Origin: Candidatus Deferrimicrobiaceae bacterium
Lineage (GTDB): Bacteria > Desulfobacterota > Deferrimicrobia > Deferrimicrobiales > Deferrimicrobiaceae
Assembly (NCBI GenBank): GCA_963792415.1
Contig: CAWBVY010000006.1
Coordinates: 718,113-782,112 of the forward strand
Direction: 5' to 3'
DNA: 64,000 bases
The position numbers and the translations under genes were made by a program. This document shows, in pieces, positions 47,764 to 58,466 of this stretch. Numbering within the stretch: the stretch's first letter is position 1; the number at the start of each line of letters is the position of its first letter. The notes beneath the pieces were generated by a model, which saw nothing but the letters and a program-made list of their open reading frames with translations, searched no databases and was not told the origin of the DNA.

Positions 47764-48389
47764 CGCGCCCTGCCCGCGAAGGCGTACCAGGCCGGGCCGC
47801 TGCGCGTGACACGGATCAGCCGCGCCCGCGCGAGCATCTCCATGACGCGGGTCATCGGAAGGCCCACCACGTTCGAGAACGACCCCGCGACCCGGTCGAT
47901 GAGGAGCATCCCCGCCCCCTGCGCCGCGTACGCCCCCGCCTTGTCGTCGCACTCCCCCGTGCGGGCATAGGCTGCGATCTCCGCCGCCGTGAGGGGGCGA
48001 AATCGCACCCGGGTCACCTCCGTGCCGAGATCCCGGTAGCCGCGCTCCTGGCACAGGAGGCAGATCGCCGTGTGCACCCGGTGCTCGCGGCCGGCGAGGC
48101 GGGAGAGCATCCTCCTCGCCTCCGCGCGGTCCCGTGGCTTCCCGAGGATCCGCCCGTCCGAGATCACGATCGTGTCCGCCGACAGGACGAAGGACGACGG
48201 GTGAAGCAAAGCCACCGCCTCCCCCTTTTCGAGAGCGGCCCTGCGGACGAACCCGGAAGGAGACTCGCCGGCTCGCGGACTTTCGTCGACCCCCGACGGG
48301 ACCACGCGGAACGGAACACCGACGGCGGCGAGAAGCTCCCGACGGCGGGGTGACTCGGAGGCGAGGATCATGCGGGCCGACGGGACCAT
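47760..48389 (-). CDS. maf: Maf-like nucleoside triphosphate pyrophosphatase (septum formation protein Maf)
   Basis: 209 aa; ILASESPRRRELL and SADTIV Maf motifs. Confidence 0.85.
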   Translation of the reverse strand: MVPSARMILASESPRRRELLAAVGVPFRVVPSGVDESPRAGESPSGFVRRAALEKGEAVALLHPSSFVLSADTIVISDGRILGKPRDRAEARRMLSRLAGREHRVHTAICLLCQERGYRDLGTEVTRVRFRPLTAAEIAAYARTGECDDKAGAYAAQGAGMLLIDRVAGSFSNVVGLPMTRVMEMLARARLIRVTRSGPAWYAFAGRAR

Positions 48390-48508
48390 CGGGTTGCATT
48401 ATATGGGAATCCCGCCTGTCACGGCAAACGTTCCCGCGCCTCGCTTGCCCTCCGGGGGCGCCCCGTGGTAAGAAGATAGCAACTTCAGGATCGGGGTGGA
48501 GTTCCGAC

Positions 48509-48910
48509 ATGGCGTTCAAGACGATCACCGTGAAAACCGAAAACGCGCAGCAACTGGTCGACATCACCCAGCAGGTCCGCCTCGTGGTGCGGGAGAGCGG
48601 CGTGAAAAGCGGCGTCTGCCGGGTTTTCATCCCCCATACCACGGCGGCGGTCACCATCAACGAGAACGCCGACCCGAACGTCCGGCGGGACATCCTGGAC
48701 CGCCTCGAACAGGTCGCCCCTTCCGACGGGACGTACCACCACACCGAGGGGAATTCCCACGCCCACATCAAGTCCAGCCTCTTGGGATCGAGCGTTTCCG
48801 TGTTCGTCGAGGCCGGCCAGCTGGTGCTCGGGACCTGGCAGTCGGTCTTCCTGTGCGACTTCGACGGTCCCCGCACCCGGAACGTGATGGTGCGGATCAC
48901 GGCGGGGTGA
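48509..48910 (+). CDS. yjbQ: YjbQ/UPF0047 family protein
   Basis: 133 aa MAFKTITVKTENAQQLVDIT... typical YjbQ. Confidence 0.8.
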   Translation: MAFKTITVKTENAQQLVDITQQVRLVVRESGVKSGVCRVFIPHTTAAVTINENADPNVRRDILDRLEQVAPSDGTYHHTEGNSHAHIKSSLLGSSVSVFVEAGQLVLGTWQSVFLCDFDGPRTRNVMVRITAG

Positions 48911-48917
48911 CGACCCG

Positions 48918-50642
48918 CTACCGGAAGAAGGCTTCGTAGCGGGCGCGCAGCGCGTTTCTTCTCAGGCCCCCGTCGATCACCCCCCAGGGGAAAAACTCCC
49001 CGCCGCCTTTCTCCCGGAAGACGACAGACGACAGCGCCCCGGCCAACCCGGGCGCGGAGCGCAGGAGCTTTCCGGGAGGTGCCGTCCGAAGGCTCGCGGA
49101 CACCCGGCGGTCCGAGAGCCCGAGGTACCCCTGCACGACCGCGTCCCACGGGGTCGAAGCGGAGACCCGGACGTTGGGGACCGCTCGTACGATGGCACTC
49201 ACGCCCTTCCCTCGCGACTTCAGCTCCTCCTCCGGGATCATCGAAGCCCATTGCAGCGGAGTGAACGGCTTGGGAACGAAGGGAGAGAGCACCGCCGTCA
49301 CGACGCCCATCCGGCCGACCCCGCGCGCGACCTCGAGAACGCGCTCCCGGAAGGTCCCGAGGAACCGCGCGATCCCCCCGACCTCCTCCTCCCAAAGCGC
49401 CCCGGGAAGGCCAAGCAGGAAATACAGCTTGAACGAGACGATTCCCGAACGGGCCAGGACCTCCGCGGCGGCGAAGAACACCTCGTCCGGCACCCGCTTC
49501 CCGACGCGCGCGCGCAGCCGGGCATCGCCGCATTCCGGCGCCAGCGCCACCGTGCGGTGTCCGCTCCGTGCGAGGATCTCCGCGATTTCCTCGTCGACGA
49601 GGTCCGCGCGGACGGAGGCCGGCGAAACCGTCCCGCCGCGCTCGAGGATCTCACGCGCCAGCTCCCGGAACGGACGCCAGTCGAGGACCGCGGCGCCGAT
49701 GAGACCCACCTTTCTGCGGTGCGGCCACGCCGCGTCGACGGCCGCGCGCACGCGGTCGATGGGAAACTCCCGGAAGGAGGGGCAGGCGTGGGCCGCTGCG
49801 CAGAACCCGCACATCCCCGGGCAGCCGCGGGAAGTCTCGACGAGGGACATTCTGCCCAACTCCGTCTCCTCCGACAGGATGACGGGCGGAGCCGGAGACA
49901 GGGAGCGAAGATCGAGGACCTCGCGCGCGACGCGGGCGGGGAACCCCGGGAACGGTTCGATCGCCCGAAGCACGGGAAGCCGGCCGGAGGTCCGCTCCGC
50001 CGGGGACGACTCCCCGTATTCCGGCCGATATCCCCCGGGGACATACACGCCCGGAATCGCGGAGAGTTCCCTTCGGTATCCGGAATCCCCCGCAGGCCCG
50101 GGTCCATGGTCCAGGAGGAGGTCCACCGCGCGCTCCCCGTCGCCCACGACCACGGCATCGGCGAAGACCCCGACCGGCTCCGGATTGAGCGACGCGGCGA
50201 ACCCGCCGGCGACAACGAGGGGGTACCGGGCGCCGGAGGCGGCACGATCCTCCCGGAATGGGGGAATCCCGCCCGCGGCGAGGATCGCGGGGACGTTCAG
50301 AAGATCGTTCTCGTAGGAGAGGGAGATCGCGACGACGTCGAACGAGGAAAGGGGACGCCCGCTCTCGAGCGTCCTCCCCTCGGTGGGCGAATTTACGGAA
50401 CCGGCCCCCGAGCCCCGCGGCGGGGCACGCCGACGCCCGTCCCCCGACAGGAAGACCCGCTCGCAAAGGGCGTCCGGACGCGCGTTGATCCGGGCGTAGA
50501 TCAGGAGGAACCCGAGGTTCGACATCCCCGCCGCGTACCGGTTGGGGTAGACGAGCGCGACGCGGATTCCGACTCCCCAATCCTTGCGCGCGGCGAAGAT
50601 CTCTTTTTCGGGCGCGGAACCCCCGCGGTGCGGCCTTCCCAC
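48918..50642 (-). CDS. B12-binding-domain radical SAM protein (TIGR03960-like), start uncertain
   Basis: N-terminal IRVALVYPNRYAAGMSNLGFLLIY, radical SAM Cys cluster CPGMCGFCAAAHAC; first plausible start is GTG at 50642 (the track ORF extends over repeat B). Confidence 0.75.
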   Translation of the reverse strand: MGRPHRGGSAPEKEIFAARKDWGVGIRVALVYPNRYAAGMSNLGFLLIYARINARPDALCERVFLSGDGRRRAPPRGSGAGSVNSPTEGRTLESGRPLSSFDVVAISLSYENDLLNVPAILAAGGIPPFREDRAASGARYPLVVAGGFAASLNPEPVGVFADAVVVGDGERAVDLLLDHGPGPAGDSGYRRELSAIPGVYVPGGYRPEYGESSPAERTSGRLPVLRAIEPFPGFPARVAREVLDLRSLSPAPPVILSEETELGRMSLVETSRGCPGMCGFCAAAHACPSFREFPIDRVRAAVDAAWPHRRKVGLIGAAVLDWRPFRELAREILERGGTVSPASVRADLVDEEIAEILARSGHRTVALAPECGDARLRARVGKRVPDEVFFAAAEVLARSGIVSFKLYFLLGLPGALWEEEVGGIARFLGTFRERVLEVARGVGRMGVVTAVLSPFVPKPFTPLQWASMIPEEELKSRGKGVSAIVRAVPNVRVSASTPWDAVVQGYLGLSDRRVSASLRTAPPGKLLRSAPGLAGALSSVVFREKGGGEFFPWGVIDGGLRRNALRARYEAFFR

Positions 50643-50657
50643 GGCTAAGTGTTGCGC

Positions 50658-50803
50658 TTCATGGATACGGTGTCGCACCGAGAGGGTCGATGCGCCGCAT
50701 CCGGCAAGGCGTCGTGACCGAGGCGTACTTGACAAGTACGGTGAGGGAGCGCAACGCAGCCGGGGCGGATGCAGCGGCACTCGAATGCAACCGTATCCAT
50801 GAA
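50658..50803. repeat. Structured intergenic repeat, copy B: 14 bp terminal inverted repeats, nested palindromes, inverted orientation relative to copy A
   Basis: TTCATGGATACGGT at 50658-50671 and its reverse complement at 50790-50803; central palindrome CGTACTTGACAAGTACG; about 75 % identity to copy A over ~140 nt. Confidence 0.65.
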
Positions 50804-50826
50804 ACGCAGCACTAAAGTTCCGACGG

Positions 50827-51993
50827 CTACTCCACCCGCCGACGAAGGAACGTCGGAATCTCGAACTCGTCGAGCGACTCGATCTCCGCCTCCTTGTCGA
50901 TCAGGGGAAGGTCCTCCAGGCGCTCCTCGAGCGTCTTCGGCGCGGCGGCCCGCAGGAACGCGGGGGTCTGCAGATCGTCGGCCCGGCTTACAAGCTTGAT
51001 CCCCTTCCGCGGATTCCTCCACGCCCCCTCCGCGATGCCCGGCTCGAATCCTGTCGCGACCACCGTGACCTTCAGTTCGTCCCCCATCGTTTCGTCGACC
51101 ACCGTACCGAAGATGATGTTCGCCTCGTCGGAAGCCTCCTCGCGGACCAGGCTCGCCGCGTCGTTCACCTCGCTCAGGGACAGGGACGTCCCGGCCGTGA
51201 TGTTGATGAGGACACCCCGGGCTCCGCGGATCGAGACGTCCTCGAGGAGCGGGCTCGAGATCGCCTTCTCCGCAGCGGCGACCGCCCGGTTCTGGCCGGA
51301 CGCCGCTCCCGTCCCCATCAACGCCACGCCCATCCCCGACATGATCGTCTTCACGTCGGCGAAATCGAGGTTGATGTAGCCGGGCCTCGTGACCAGCTCG
51401 GAGATCCCCCGGACCGCCTGGAAAAGAACGTCGTCCACCTTCCGGAACGCCTCGACGAAGCGCATGTCCTTCCCGGCGATCAGGAGCAGCTTCTCGTTCG
51501 GGATGATGATGATCGTGTCCACGAGGCTCCGAAGCTCCTTCGTGCCGCCGTCCGCCTGCCGTTTCCTGGTGAGTCCCTCGAAGGGGAACGGCCGCGTCAC
51601 GACCGCCACCGTGAGCGCCCCGACCTCCCTCGCCACCTCGGCGACCACCGGCCCCGCGCCGGTCCCCGTCCCGCCGCCGAGGCCCGCCGTGATGAATACC
51701 ATGTCCGCGCCGGTGAGGGCCTCCCGGATCAGGTCCCGGTCCTCGAGGGCGGCCTGACGGCCGATGTCGGGATTGGCGCCCGCGCCGAGCCCCTTCGTCA
51801 GCCGGGCCCCCAGTTGGAGCTTGAGAGGCGCCAGGCTCCGCGACAGCGCCTGGGCGTCGGTGTTCGCGGTGATGAACTCCACGCCCTGCAACCCTTCCTC
51901 GATCATGGTGTTGATGGCGTTCCCGCCGCCGCCGCCCACGCCGAACACCTTGATGACGGCGTGACAGCGGTTCTCCTCGACGATCGTGAACAT
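50827..51993 (-). CDS. ftsZ: Cell division protein FtsZ
   Basis: Start [23 protein letters not shown] (alternative upstream ATG at 52029); tubulin signature GGGTGTG; conserved C-terminal peptide. Confidence 0.9.
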   Translation of the reverse strand: MFTIVEENRCHAVIKVFGVGGGGGNAINTMIEEGLQGVEFITANTDAQALSRSLAPLKLQLGARLTKGLGAGANPDIGRQAALEDRDLIREALTGADMVFITAGLGGGTGTGAGPVVAEVAREVGALTVAVVTRPFPFEGLTRKRQADGGTKELRSLVDTIIIIPNEKLLLIAGKDMRFVEAFRKVDDVLFQAVRGISELVTRPGYINLDFADVKTIMSGMGVALMGTGAASGQNRAVAAAEKAISSPLLEDVSIRGARGVLINITAGTSLSLSEVNDAASLVREEASDEANIIFGTVVDETMGDELKVTVVATGFEPGIAEGAWRNPRKGIKLVSRADDLQTPAFLRAAAPKTLEERLEDLPLIDKEAEIESLDEFEIPTFLRRRVE

Positions 51994-52058
51994 CCGGTTC
52001 CCCCTTGCCTCCTTCTCAGTTCTGGCCATCCGATCCTCCTTTATCCCGGGATTCCGTA

Positions 52059-53291
52059 TTAGAAAAATTCCGACAGGTACTGCTTCAACCGGTCGATCAC
52101 CCTGCCGCCCACCGGGGCCTCCGCCGACCGATAGACCCTTTCCGACGCGCCCGCGCCGTACTGGACCAACCCGACCGATGTGGCGAACGCGGGTCCGTTC
52201 ACGACTTCGACCAACCCTCCGATCCCGATCGGGTTCCCCCTCCGGAACGGGAGCTTGAACACCCGCTCCCCGAGGTCGGTGAGACCCTCCAGCCTCGACC
52301 CGCCGCCGGTGAGCACCACTCCTGCCCCGAGGTTTTCCTCGTAGCCGGACCGGAGAATCTCCTTCCTCAGAAGGGTGAAGATCTCTTCCGCCCGCGGCTC
52401 GATGATCTCGCTGAGGTACTGCCGGCGGATCGGACGGGGAAGCCGCCCGCCCACTCCCGGCAACTCCACCAGTTCGTCCCGGCGCACCTTCTGGATCATC
52501 GCGCATCCCGAGGAGATCTTCAGGATCTCCGCGTCCGAATGGGGAAGCTTCAGCCCGATCGCGATGTCGGAGGTGATGCTGCTCCCTCCGAGGGGCAGGA
52601 CGTACGTGTGCCGGAGGGAACCGTTGAAGAAGATCACGATCTCCACGGTCCCGCCGCCGAAGTCCATCAACGCCACGCCGACCTCGCGCTCCTCCGGGGT
52701 GAGCACCGCCTCCGCCGACGCCAGGGGGGAGAGAACGAAGCTTTCCACCTCGAGGCCCGCCTTCTCCACGCACCGGGCCAGGTTTCGCGCCCCCGGGACG
52801 TCGTTGGTCACGACGTGCACGCGCGCATCGAGACGGATGCCGGTCATTCCCCGGGGGTCCTTGATCCCGGCCATGTCGTCGACGATGAACTCCTGCGTGA
52901 GGACGTGGAGGATCTCCCGGTCGTTGGGGAGCTCCACCGTGCGGGCGATCTCGAGGACCCGCGTGAAGTCGGCGTCGGTGACCTCATGCTCGTTCTTCAC
53001 CGAGATGGCCGCGTGGCTGTTGAACGACTTGATGAGCGGTCCGGAGATCCCGACAAAGACCGATTCCACGGTCAGCCCGGTCATCCGCTCCGCCTCCGTG
53101 ACGCTCTGCCGGATCGACTTCACCGTGGCGTCGACGTTCACCACGGCCCCCTTCCGCATCCCCTCCGTGGGGCACTCCCCCATCCCGAGGATCTCCACGC
53201 CGTCCGGCGTCTTTCTTCCGAGGACCGTGGTCACCTGGCTCGACCCGACGTCCAAACCCGCGATCACCTGGTCATTCATTTTCGTGTCCAT
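52059..53291 (-). CDS. ftsA: Cell division protein FtsA
   Basis: 410 aa actin-like ATPase with the FtsA domain layout. Confidence 0.9.
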   Translation of the reverse strand: MDTKMNDQVIAGLDVGSSQVTTVLGRKTPDGVEILGMGECPTEGMRKGAVVNVDATVKSIRQSVTEAERMTGLTVESVFVGISGPLIKSFNSHAAISVKNEHEVTDADFTRVLEIARTVELPNDREILHVLTQEFIVDDMAGIKDPRGMTGIRLDARVHVVTNDVPGARNLARCVEKAGLEVESFVLSPLASAEAVLTPEEREVGVALMDFGGGTVEIVIFFNGSLRHTYVLPLGGSSITSDIAIGLKLPHSDAEILKISSGCAMIQKVRRDELVELPGVGGRLPRPIRRQYLSEIIEPRAEEIFTLLRKEILRSGYEENLGAGVVLTGGGSRLEGLTDLGERVFKLPFRRGNPIGIGGLVEVVNGPAFATSVGLVQYGAGASERVYRSAEAPVGGRVIDRLKQYLSEFF

Positions 53292-54137
53292 TCACTCCCC
53301 CGGCCGCATGAAGACGCGGCCCTCTGTCTTGAGATCGGCGATCCCGGAAGACCGTGGCATCCCCGAAATCCTGGGCATGGCCGTCTCGATCCGGCGAATC
53401 GCCTCCTTGACGTCCATCGTTCCGACCTTTAACTGCAACCCGGTGTCCCGGGTCACCACCGTGTAGCCGTCCTGTGCGTCGAAATGGACCTCGGACACGT
53501 TCTGGCGAAGCGAGCCCGCCTCGACGCCCCGCAGAAGGTCGAGCGTCTTCTGGAGATTCCGCGCCGTGACCGGGTCCTTCCGGAGGAGTTCCTCCCGCGA
53601 AAATCCCGTGACGATGGCGAGGTTCTTCGGGTCGTACGCGGTCAACCGCTTGAACGGGCGACCCTCCTCGTCAAGGTAGTGGAGGGCGTCCAGATTCACC
53701 ATGGCGACCGGCGTGCGCTCCTGGATCCGCACCACCAGGCGGTCCGGAAAGGACTTTCTGACCGAGACGGAGCGGACCCATGGGTGCCCGGACAGGCGCC
53801 GCGCGATCTCTTTCGACGGAACGGACCAGAGGATGCCCGACCCGTCCCCGCGGACAATCGCCCACACCTCCTCGAGAGAGACGTTCGCGCAACGGTTCAT
53901 GTCGACCGTGCGCACCGTGAAGAGCGGCGACCGCGTGAGCCACGAGCAGGCGGAGGCGAACGCCACTCCGGTGAACCCTACGGCGAGCAGGCCGGCGCCG
54001 ATCCACAGGATCAGGCGCAGGCGTCTCCGCGACGTCTTCGTCTCCCCGCCCCGGGCCTTGTCCTTCTTCCGCACGGCCCGCCCGGCGCCCCCCAGCTTTC
54101 CGCGGCGGGTCTTGTGGTATGCGCGGTACTCGATCAT
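53292..54137 (-). CDS. ftsQ: Cell division protein FtsQ (POTRA domain)
   Basis: 281 aa; N-terminal basic cytoplasmic tail, single TM, POTRA and beta domains. Confidence 0.8.
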   Translation of the reverse strand: MIEYRAYHKTRRGKLGGAGRAVRKKDKARGGETKTSRRRLRLILWIGAGLLAVGFTGVAFASACSWLTRSPLFTVRTVDMNRCANVSLEEVWAIVRGDGSGILWSVPSKEIARRLSGHPWVRSVSVRKSFPDRLVVRIQERTPVAMVNLDALHYLDEEGRPFKRLTAYDPKNLAIVTGFSREELLRKDPVTARNLQKTLDLLRGVEAGSLRQNVSEVHFDAQDGYTVVTRDTGLQLKVGTMDVKEAIRRIETAMPRISGMPRSSGIADLKTEGRVFMRPGE

Positions 54138-55067
54138 CTATTTTCCGAGCCCCGCGTCGGAAAGGATGGCGGCAACGAGATCGTCGAACGACAGACCGTC
54201 GAACTTCGCCGCCTTGGGGAGGAGGCTCGTCTCGGTCATGCCCGGGATCGTATTCGCCTCGAGGAAGAAGACGTTCCCCGCCGGATCCACGCGATAATCG
54301 AGCCGCGCCGCCCCCCGCAGCCCCATCGCCGCGGCGGCGCGCCGCGTGTACTCTGCGGCACGGAGGAGGATGTCCCGGTCCATCGGAACCGGGATCACAT
54401 ACTCCGTCCGCCCCGCGGTGTACTTGGACTGGTAGTCGTAGAAGCCGGACTTCGGAACGATCTCGATCGCGGGGAGGACCTTCCCGTTCAGGATCCCGAC
54501 GGTGATCTCCCGTCCGGGGATGAATCCCTCCGCCAGCACGCGGCTGTCGTGCTTCGCCGCCTCGGCAAGCGCCGCATCCCACTGGTCCGGGCCGCGGACG
54601 ATCGTGATGCCGACGGTGGACCCTTCCCGGTCGGGCTTCACCACGAGAGGGAAGCCGAAACCGGGCGGTTTCGCCCCCGGGCGATCCGCCCCCTCGTAGA
54701 CCTCATCGGGCGGGCACGGCACGCCCGCCGAAGCGGCGACCCGCTTCCCGAGGACCTTGCTCATCGCGACGGCCGAGGCGGCGACCCCGGACCCCGTGTA
54801 CGGAAGCCGGGCGAGTTCGCACGCGGCCTGGATGCAGCCGTCCTCCCCGAACCTCCCGTGAAGGGCGAGGAACGCGGCGTCGACCCCCGCGCCCCGGACC
54901 GCCCCCAGCCAGTCCTCCCGGATGTCGATCTCGCGGACGTCGCACCCGAGTCTCCGAAGCGCCGCGGCGGCCGCCGCCCCCGTCCGGAGGGAGACCTCCC
55001 GCTCGGCGGAAACCCCGCCCAGGAACACGCCCACTTTCCTCCCTGAGAATGCGAACCGTTCAGTCAT
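54138..55067 (-). CDS. ddl: D-alanine--D-alanine ligase
   Basis: 309 aa ATP-grasp Ddl. Confidence 0.9.
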   Translation of the reverse strand: MTERFAFSGRKVGVFLGGVSAEREVSLRTGAAAAAALRRLGCDVREIDIREDWLGAVRGAGVDAAFLALHGRFGEDGCIQAACELARLPYTGSGVAASAVAMSKVLGKRVAASAGVPCPPDEVYEGADRPGAKPPGFGFPLVVKPDREGSTVGITIVRGPDQWDAALAEAAKHDSRVLAEGFIPGREITVGILNGKVLPAIEIVPKSGFYDYQSKYTAGRTEYVIPVPMDRDILLRAAEYTRRAAAAMGLRGAARLDYRVDPAGNVFFLEANTIPGMTETSLLPKAAKFDGLSFDDLVAAILSDAGLGK

Positions 55068-56016
55068 CGAACTCCCCCCACATTTTCACCTCGGGCAGGA
55101 GCAGGACGCCGCAGGATACCCGCACCGCGCTCTGGCCGCGGGACAGGAGCCGGCGGGCATCCGCCGCGGTGGCGCGTCCCCGGTTCACGAGGAAGTTGGC
55201 GTGCTTCTCGGAGAAGCAGGCGTCCCCTTCCCGCTCCCCCTTCATTCCCGCCCGCTCGAGCAGTTGCCCGGCGCTCTCCGCGCCCCCGGGAGGATTCCGA
55301 AACGCGGACCCGAAGGTCTTCTCCCCCCACGGCTGGACGCTGCGACGCTTCTCGTTCATCTGCCGCATCCGCTCGAACACGCTCTCCCGCGTCCCGGGAC
55401 CGAAACGGAATCCGGCCCGCACCACGATCCCCTGGACGGGGTATTTCGCCTCCCGGTACCCGAACCGGATCGCCCGCCCCTCGACCCGGACAGTCTTCCC
55501 CTCGGCGTCGACCACCTCCACCCACTCCGTCAACTCTCCGATGCTCTGGCCGTACGCCCCGGCGTTCATCGACAGCGCGCCGCCCACCGTTCCCGGGATC
55601 CCGGAGAGCGGCTCCATCCCGGAAAGTCCGGAGAGAGCGCAGAGCACGGCCAGCCGGGGGAGCATCACTCCCGCCTCGGCGACCACCGACCCGTCGGAGA
55701 GGAACACCACCTTGGAGAGGTGCCTCTTCGTGCACAGCACGGTCGCCGACACGCCGCCGTCCGCCACCAGGAGGTTGGATCCCGCACCGAGGACCTGCAC
55801 GGGGCGACCCGAACGGCCCTCCGCCACGACGACCTCCCGGACCTGCGCCGCCGACCGCGGAAACACCAGCCGATCGGCGGCGCCCCCGATCCCGATGGTG
55901 GTGTACTCCCGCAGCTTCACCTGGAACGCGACCTCGATGTTCCGCACGACCACCCCGGCCTCCCTGCTTCTCCCGCCGCTACCGCGCGAGAAGACTTTCG
56001 CCCAGTTTCCAGACAT
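55060..56016 (-). CDS. murB: UDP-N-acetylenolpyruvoylglucosamine reductase
   Basis: 318 aa FAD-binding PCMH domain + MurB C-terminal domain. Confidence 0.9.
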   Translation of the reverse strand: MSGNWAKVFSRGSGGRSREAGVVVRNIEVAFQVKLREYTTIGIGGAADRLVFPRSAAQVREVVVAEGRSGRPVQVLGAGSNLLVADGGVSATVLCTKRHLSKVVFLSDGSVVAEAGVMLPRLAVLCALSGLSGMEPLSGIPGTVGGALSMNAGAYGQSIGELTEWVEVVDAEGKTVRVEGRAIRFGYREAKYPVQGIVVRAGFRFGPGTRESVFERMRQMNEKRRSVQPWGEKTFGSAFRNPPGGAESAGQLLERAGMKGEREGDACFSEKHANFLVNRGRATAADARRLLSRGQSAVRVSCGVLLLPEVKMWGEFDD

Positions 56017-57346
56017 CGCCGGCCCCCATCGTCAGAAAGATGTCCCCCGGCTGCAGGGTGGCGCGAACCGCCTCCCCCGCTCCCGCGGATTTGCCCAGAT
56101 ACCGGGCCTCCCGGTGTCCGTGATCCCGGACCGCGGAGCACAACGCTTCGCCGGTGGCGCCCTCGATCGGCTCCTCCCCCGCGGAGTACACCTCGAACAC
56201 GACCAGCACGTCCGCGTCCTGGAACGCCGAAAGGAACTCCTTGAACAGCGCACGTGTGCGCGAGTACCGGTGCGGCTGAAATCCGACGATGATGCGCCGG
56301 TCGGGCCAGACCTCCCGCGCCGCGGCAAGCGTCGCCCGGACCTCCACGGGGTGGTGGCCGTAATCGTCCACCACCGTGACGCCGTCGATCTCTCCCTTCA
56401 CCTGGAAGCGCCGCCCGACCCCGGCGTACGCGTACAGCCCCTCCCGCACCTGGTCGAACGTGATCCCGATTTCGAGTGCGACCGCCGCCGCCGCCAGGGC
56501 GTTGCTGACGTTGTGGCGCCCGGGCGCCCGGAGGAGGACCTCGCCGAGCCGCTCCCCCTTCGCGAATACGGCAAACCGGTTCGTCATACCGGTCGCGACC
56601 ACCTCTTCCGCACGGTAGTCCGCGGAACGGGAGAACCCGTAGGTGACGAAGGTCTTTTCCACGGAGGGGATCAACTCCTGGACATTGGGGTGGTCGATGC
56701 ACAGGACCGAGAACCCGTAGAAGGGGACCTTGTTGATGAAGTGGAGGAACGTCTCCTTGATCTGCCCGATCCCGGAGTAGAAATCGAGGTGCTCCGGGTC
56801 GATGTTGGTGACCACCGCCACGGTGGGAGAGAGTTTCAGGAACGAGCCGTCGCTCTCGTCCGCCTCCGCGACAAGGAACTCCCCTTGACCCAGCTTCGCA
56901 TTGGATCCGAGGTTGTTCAGCTTTCCACCCACGACCGCCGTCGGATCCCAGCCGGCCGTCGCGAGCACCGTCGCGACCATCGAGGTCGTCGTCGTCTTTC
57001 CGTGCGTTCCGGCGATCGCAATTCCGTACTTCATCCGCATCAATTCCGCCAGCATTTCGGCGCGCGGGATCACGGGAATCTTCCGGCGGTGCGCCTCGAG
57101 GACCTCGGGGTTGTCGGACCGGACCGCCGAGGAGATGACGACAACGTGGCCGCCGGGGGGGATGTTCGAGGCGGAGTGTCCCGTCCGCACCTCCGCCCCG
57201 AGCCGCGCGAGCCGCTCCGTCGTGTCGGAGCAGCGCAGGTCGGACCCGGACACCCGGTACCCGAGGTTCATGAGCAGTTCCGCGATCCCGCTCATCCCGA
57301 TGCCGCCGATCCCGACGAAGTGGATGGGGAGTCCCTTCCTATACAT
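55979..57346 (-). CDS. murC: UDP-N-acetylmuramate--L-alanine ligase
   Basis: Internal start [23 protein letters not shown] of a 556 aa track ORF; Mur ligase motifs GTHGKTTT. Confidence 0.9.
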   Translation of the reverse strand: MYRKGLPIHFVGIGGIGMSGIAELLMNLGYRVSGSDLRCSDTTERLARLGAEVRTGHSASNIPPGGHVVVISSAVRSDNPEVLEAHRRKIPVIPRAEMLAELMRMKYGIAIAGTHGKTTTTSMVATVLATAGWDPTAVVGGKLNNLGSNAKLGQGEFLVAEADESDGSFLKLSPTVAVVTNIDPEHLDFYSGIGQIKETFLHFINKVPFYGFSVLCIDHPNVQELIPSVEKTFVTYGFSRSADYRAEEVVATGMTNRFAVFAKGERLGEVLLRAPGRHNVSNALAAAAVALEIGITFDQVREGLYAYAGVGRRFQVKGEIDGVTVVDDYGHHPVEVRATLAAAREVWPDRRIIVGFQPHRYSRTRALFKEFLSAFQDADVLVVFEVYSAGEEPIEGATGEALCSAVRDHGHREARYLGKSAGAGEAVRATLQPGDIFLTMGAGDVWKLGESLLAR

Positions 57347-58466
57347 CCGGTGATCCCTCCTCCCCGGAATCGTTCCCGGACAGCCGCAGCGCCGCGCGGA
57401 CCGCCTCGACGGCCGCGCCGGGGCGGGAGAAGGAAACCGCCGCCGCTCCAGCACGCTCCCGCGCGGCCCGATCGCCGCCGAGGCTCCACAGCGCCGACCA
57501 GAGCGCCTCCTCGGTCGCTTCGCTCTCCGGCAGCCACGCTCCGGCGCCGGAAGCGCAGAACTCCCTCGCGTTCCCCGTCTGGTGGTCGTCCGCCGCGAAC
57601 GGGTACGGAACGAGCACGCACGGACGTCCGAAGAGCGCCGCCTCCGCAATGGAGAGGGCTCCGGCCCGCATCAGCACGGCGTGGCAACGCGGGAACCAAT
57701 CCCCGATCCGGTCCGTGAACGAAAACGACTCCACCGGGAGGGCCTCCTCCCGCGCCGATCGCGTCACCGCCTCGTGCTCGCGCGTCCCCGTCTGCAGCAG
57801 AAACCGGATCGACGTCCCCTCCCGCTTCGCTCTCCGGGCCATCCCGAGCACCCGGGTGTTGATCGCCCTCGCCCCCTGCGAGCCTCCCAGCGCCAGCACG
57901 GTGAACGGCGTCTCCGGCGCTCCCTCCCGTTCGCACGCTCGCGCCGCCGCGACGATCTCCGCGCGGACCGGGTTCCCCGTGACCTCCGCCCGGCCCGGCG
58001 GAAAGAAGGGGACCGCGCCCGAAAAGCCCGCGAACACCCGGACCGCGCGCCGCGCGAGAAAGCGGTTCGAACGCCCGGGCACGCTGTTCTGCTCCTGCAG
58101 GAACAGCGGGATGCCCAGGAGCGCGGCGGATAGCGCGACCGGCACCGAGGCGTATCCCCCCACGCCGAAGACCAGGTCCGGGCGGCGGCGCCTCAAGACC
58201 GCCATCGCCGCGGGAAATCCGAGCGCCATCCGGAGGGCGCCCGGGAGAGCCCCGATCCCCTTCCCTCGAACCTGGCCGGAGGGGACGAAGTCGATCGGGA
58301 ACCCCCTGGCCGGAACGGCCCGCGCCTCAAGACCTTCCCTTGTCCCGACGAAAGAGACGGTGCCGTCGGGACAGAGGGAGAGAAACGCATCAGCGAGGGC
58401 GATCCCCGGAAAGACGTGCCCACCGGTCCCTCCCCCGGCTACGATCATCCGCAGTGGCAAGGCCAT
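57339..58466 (-). CDS. murG: UDP-GlcNAc:lipid I N-acetylglucosaminyltransferase MurG
   Basis: 375 aa; N-terminal [10 protein letters not shown] glycosyltransferase GT28 motif. Confidence 0.9.
   Translation of the reverse strand: MALPLRMIVAGGGTGGHVFPGIALADAFLSLCPDGTVSFVGTREGLEARAVPARGFPIDFVPSGQVRGKGIGALPGALRMALGFPAAMAVLRRRRPDLVFGVGGYASVPVALSAALLGIPLFLQEQNSVPGRSNRFLARRAVRVFAGFSGAVPFFPPGRAEVTGNPVRAEIVAAARACEREGAPETPFTVLALGGSQGARAINTRVLGMARRAKREGTSIRFLLQTGTREHEAVTRSAREEALPVESFSFTDRIGDWFPRCHAVLMRAGALSIAEAALFGRPCVLVPYPFAADDHQTGNAREFCASGAGAWLPESEATEEALWSALWSLGGDRAARERAGAAAVSFSRPGAAVEAVRAALRLSGNDSGEEGSPDV

Noticed and set aside
47041-49533. 830 aa minus-strand ORF suggesting a giant YggS fusion
   Set aside because: Only the C-terminal 240 aa (from MSPPGSPPGE) is YggS. 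Upstream of that the frame is low-complexity and runs antisense through maf, yjbQ and the radical SAM gene.
55049-57718. 889 aa plus-strand ORF across murB/murC
   Set aside because: It is antisense to murB and murC and is Arg/Pro-rich, with no signal of being real.
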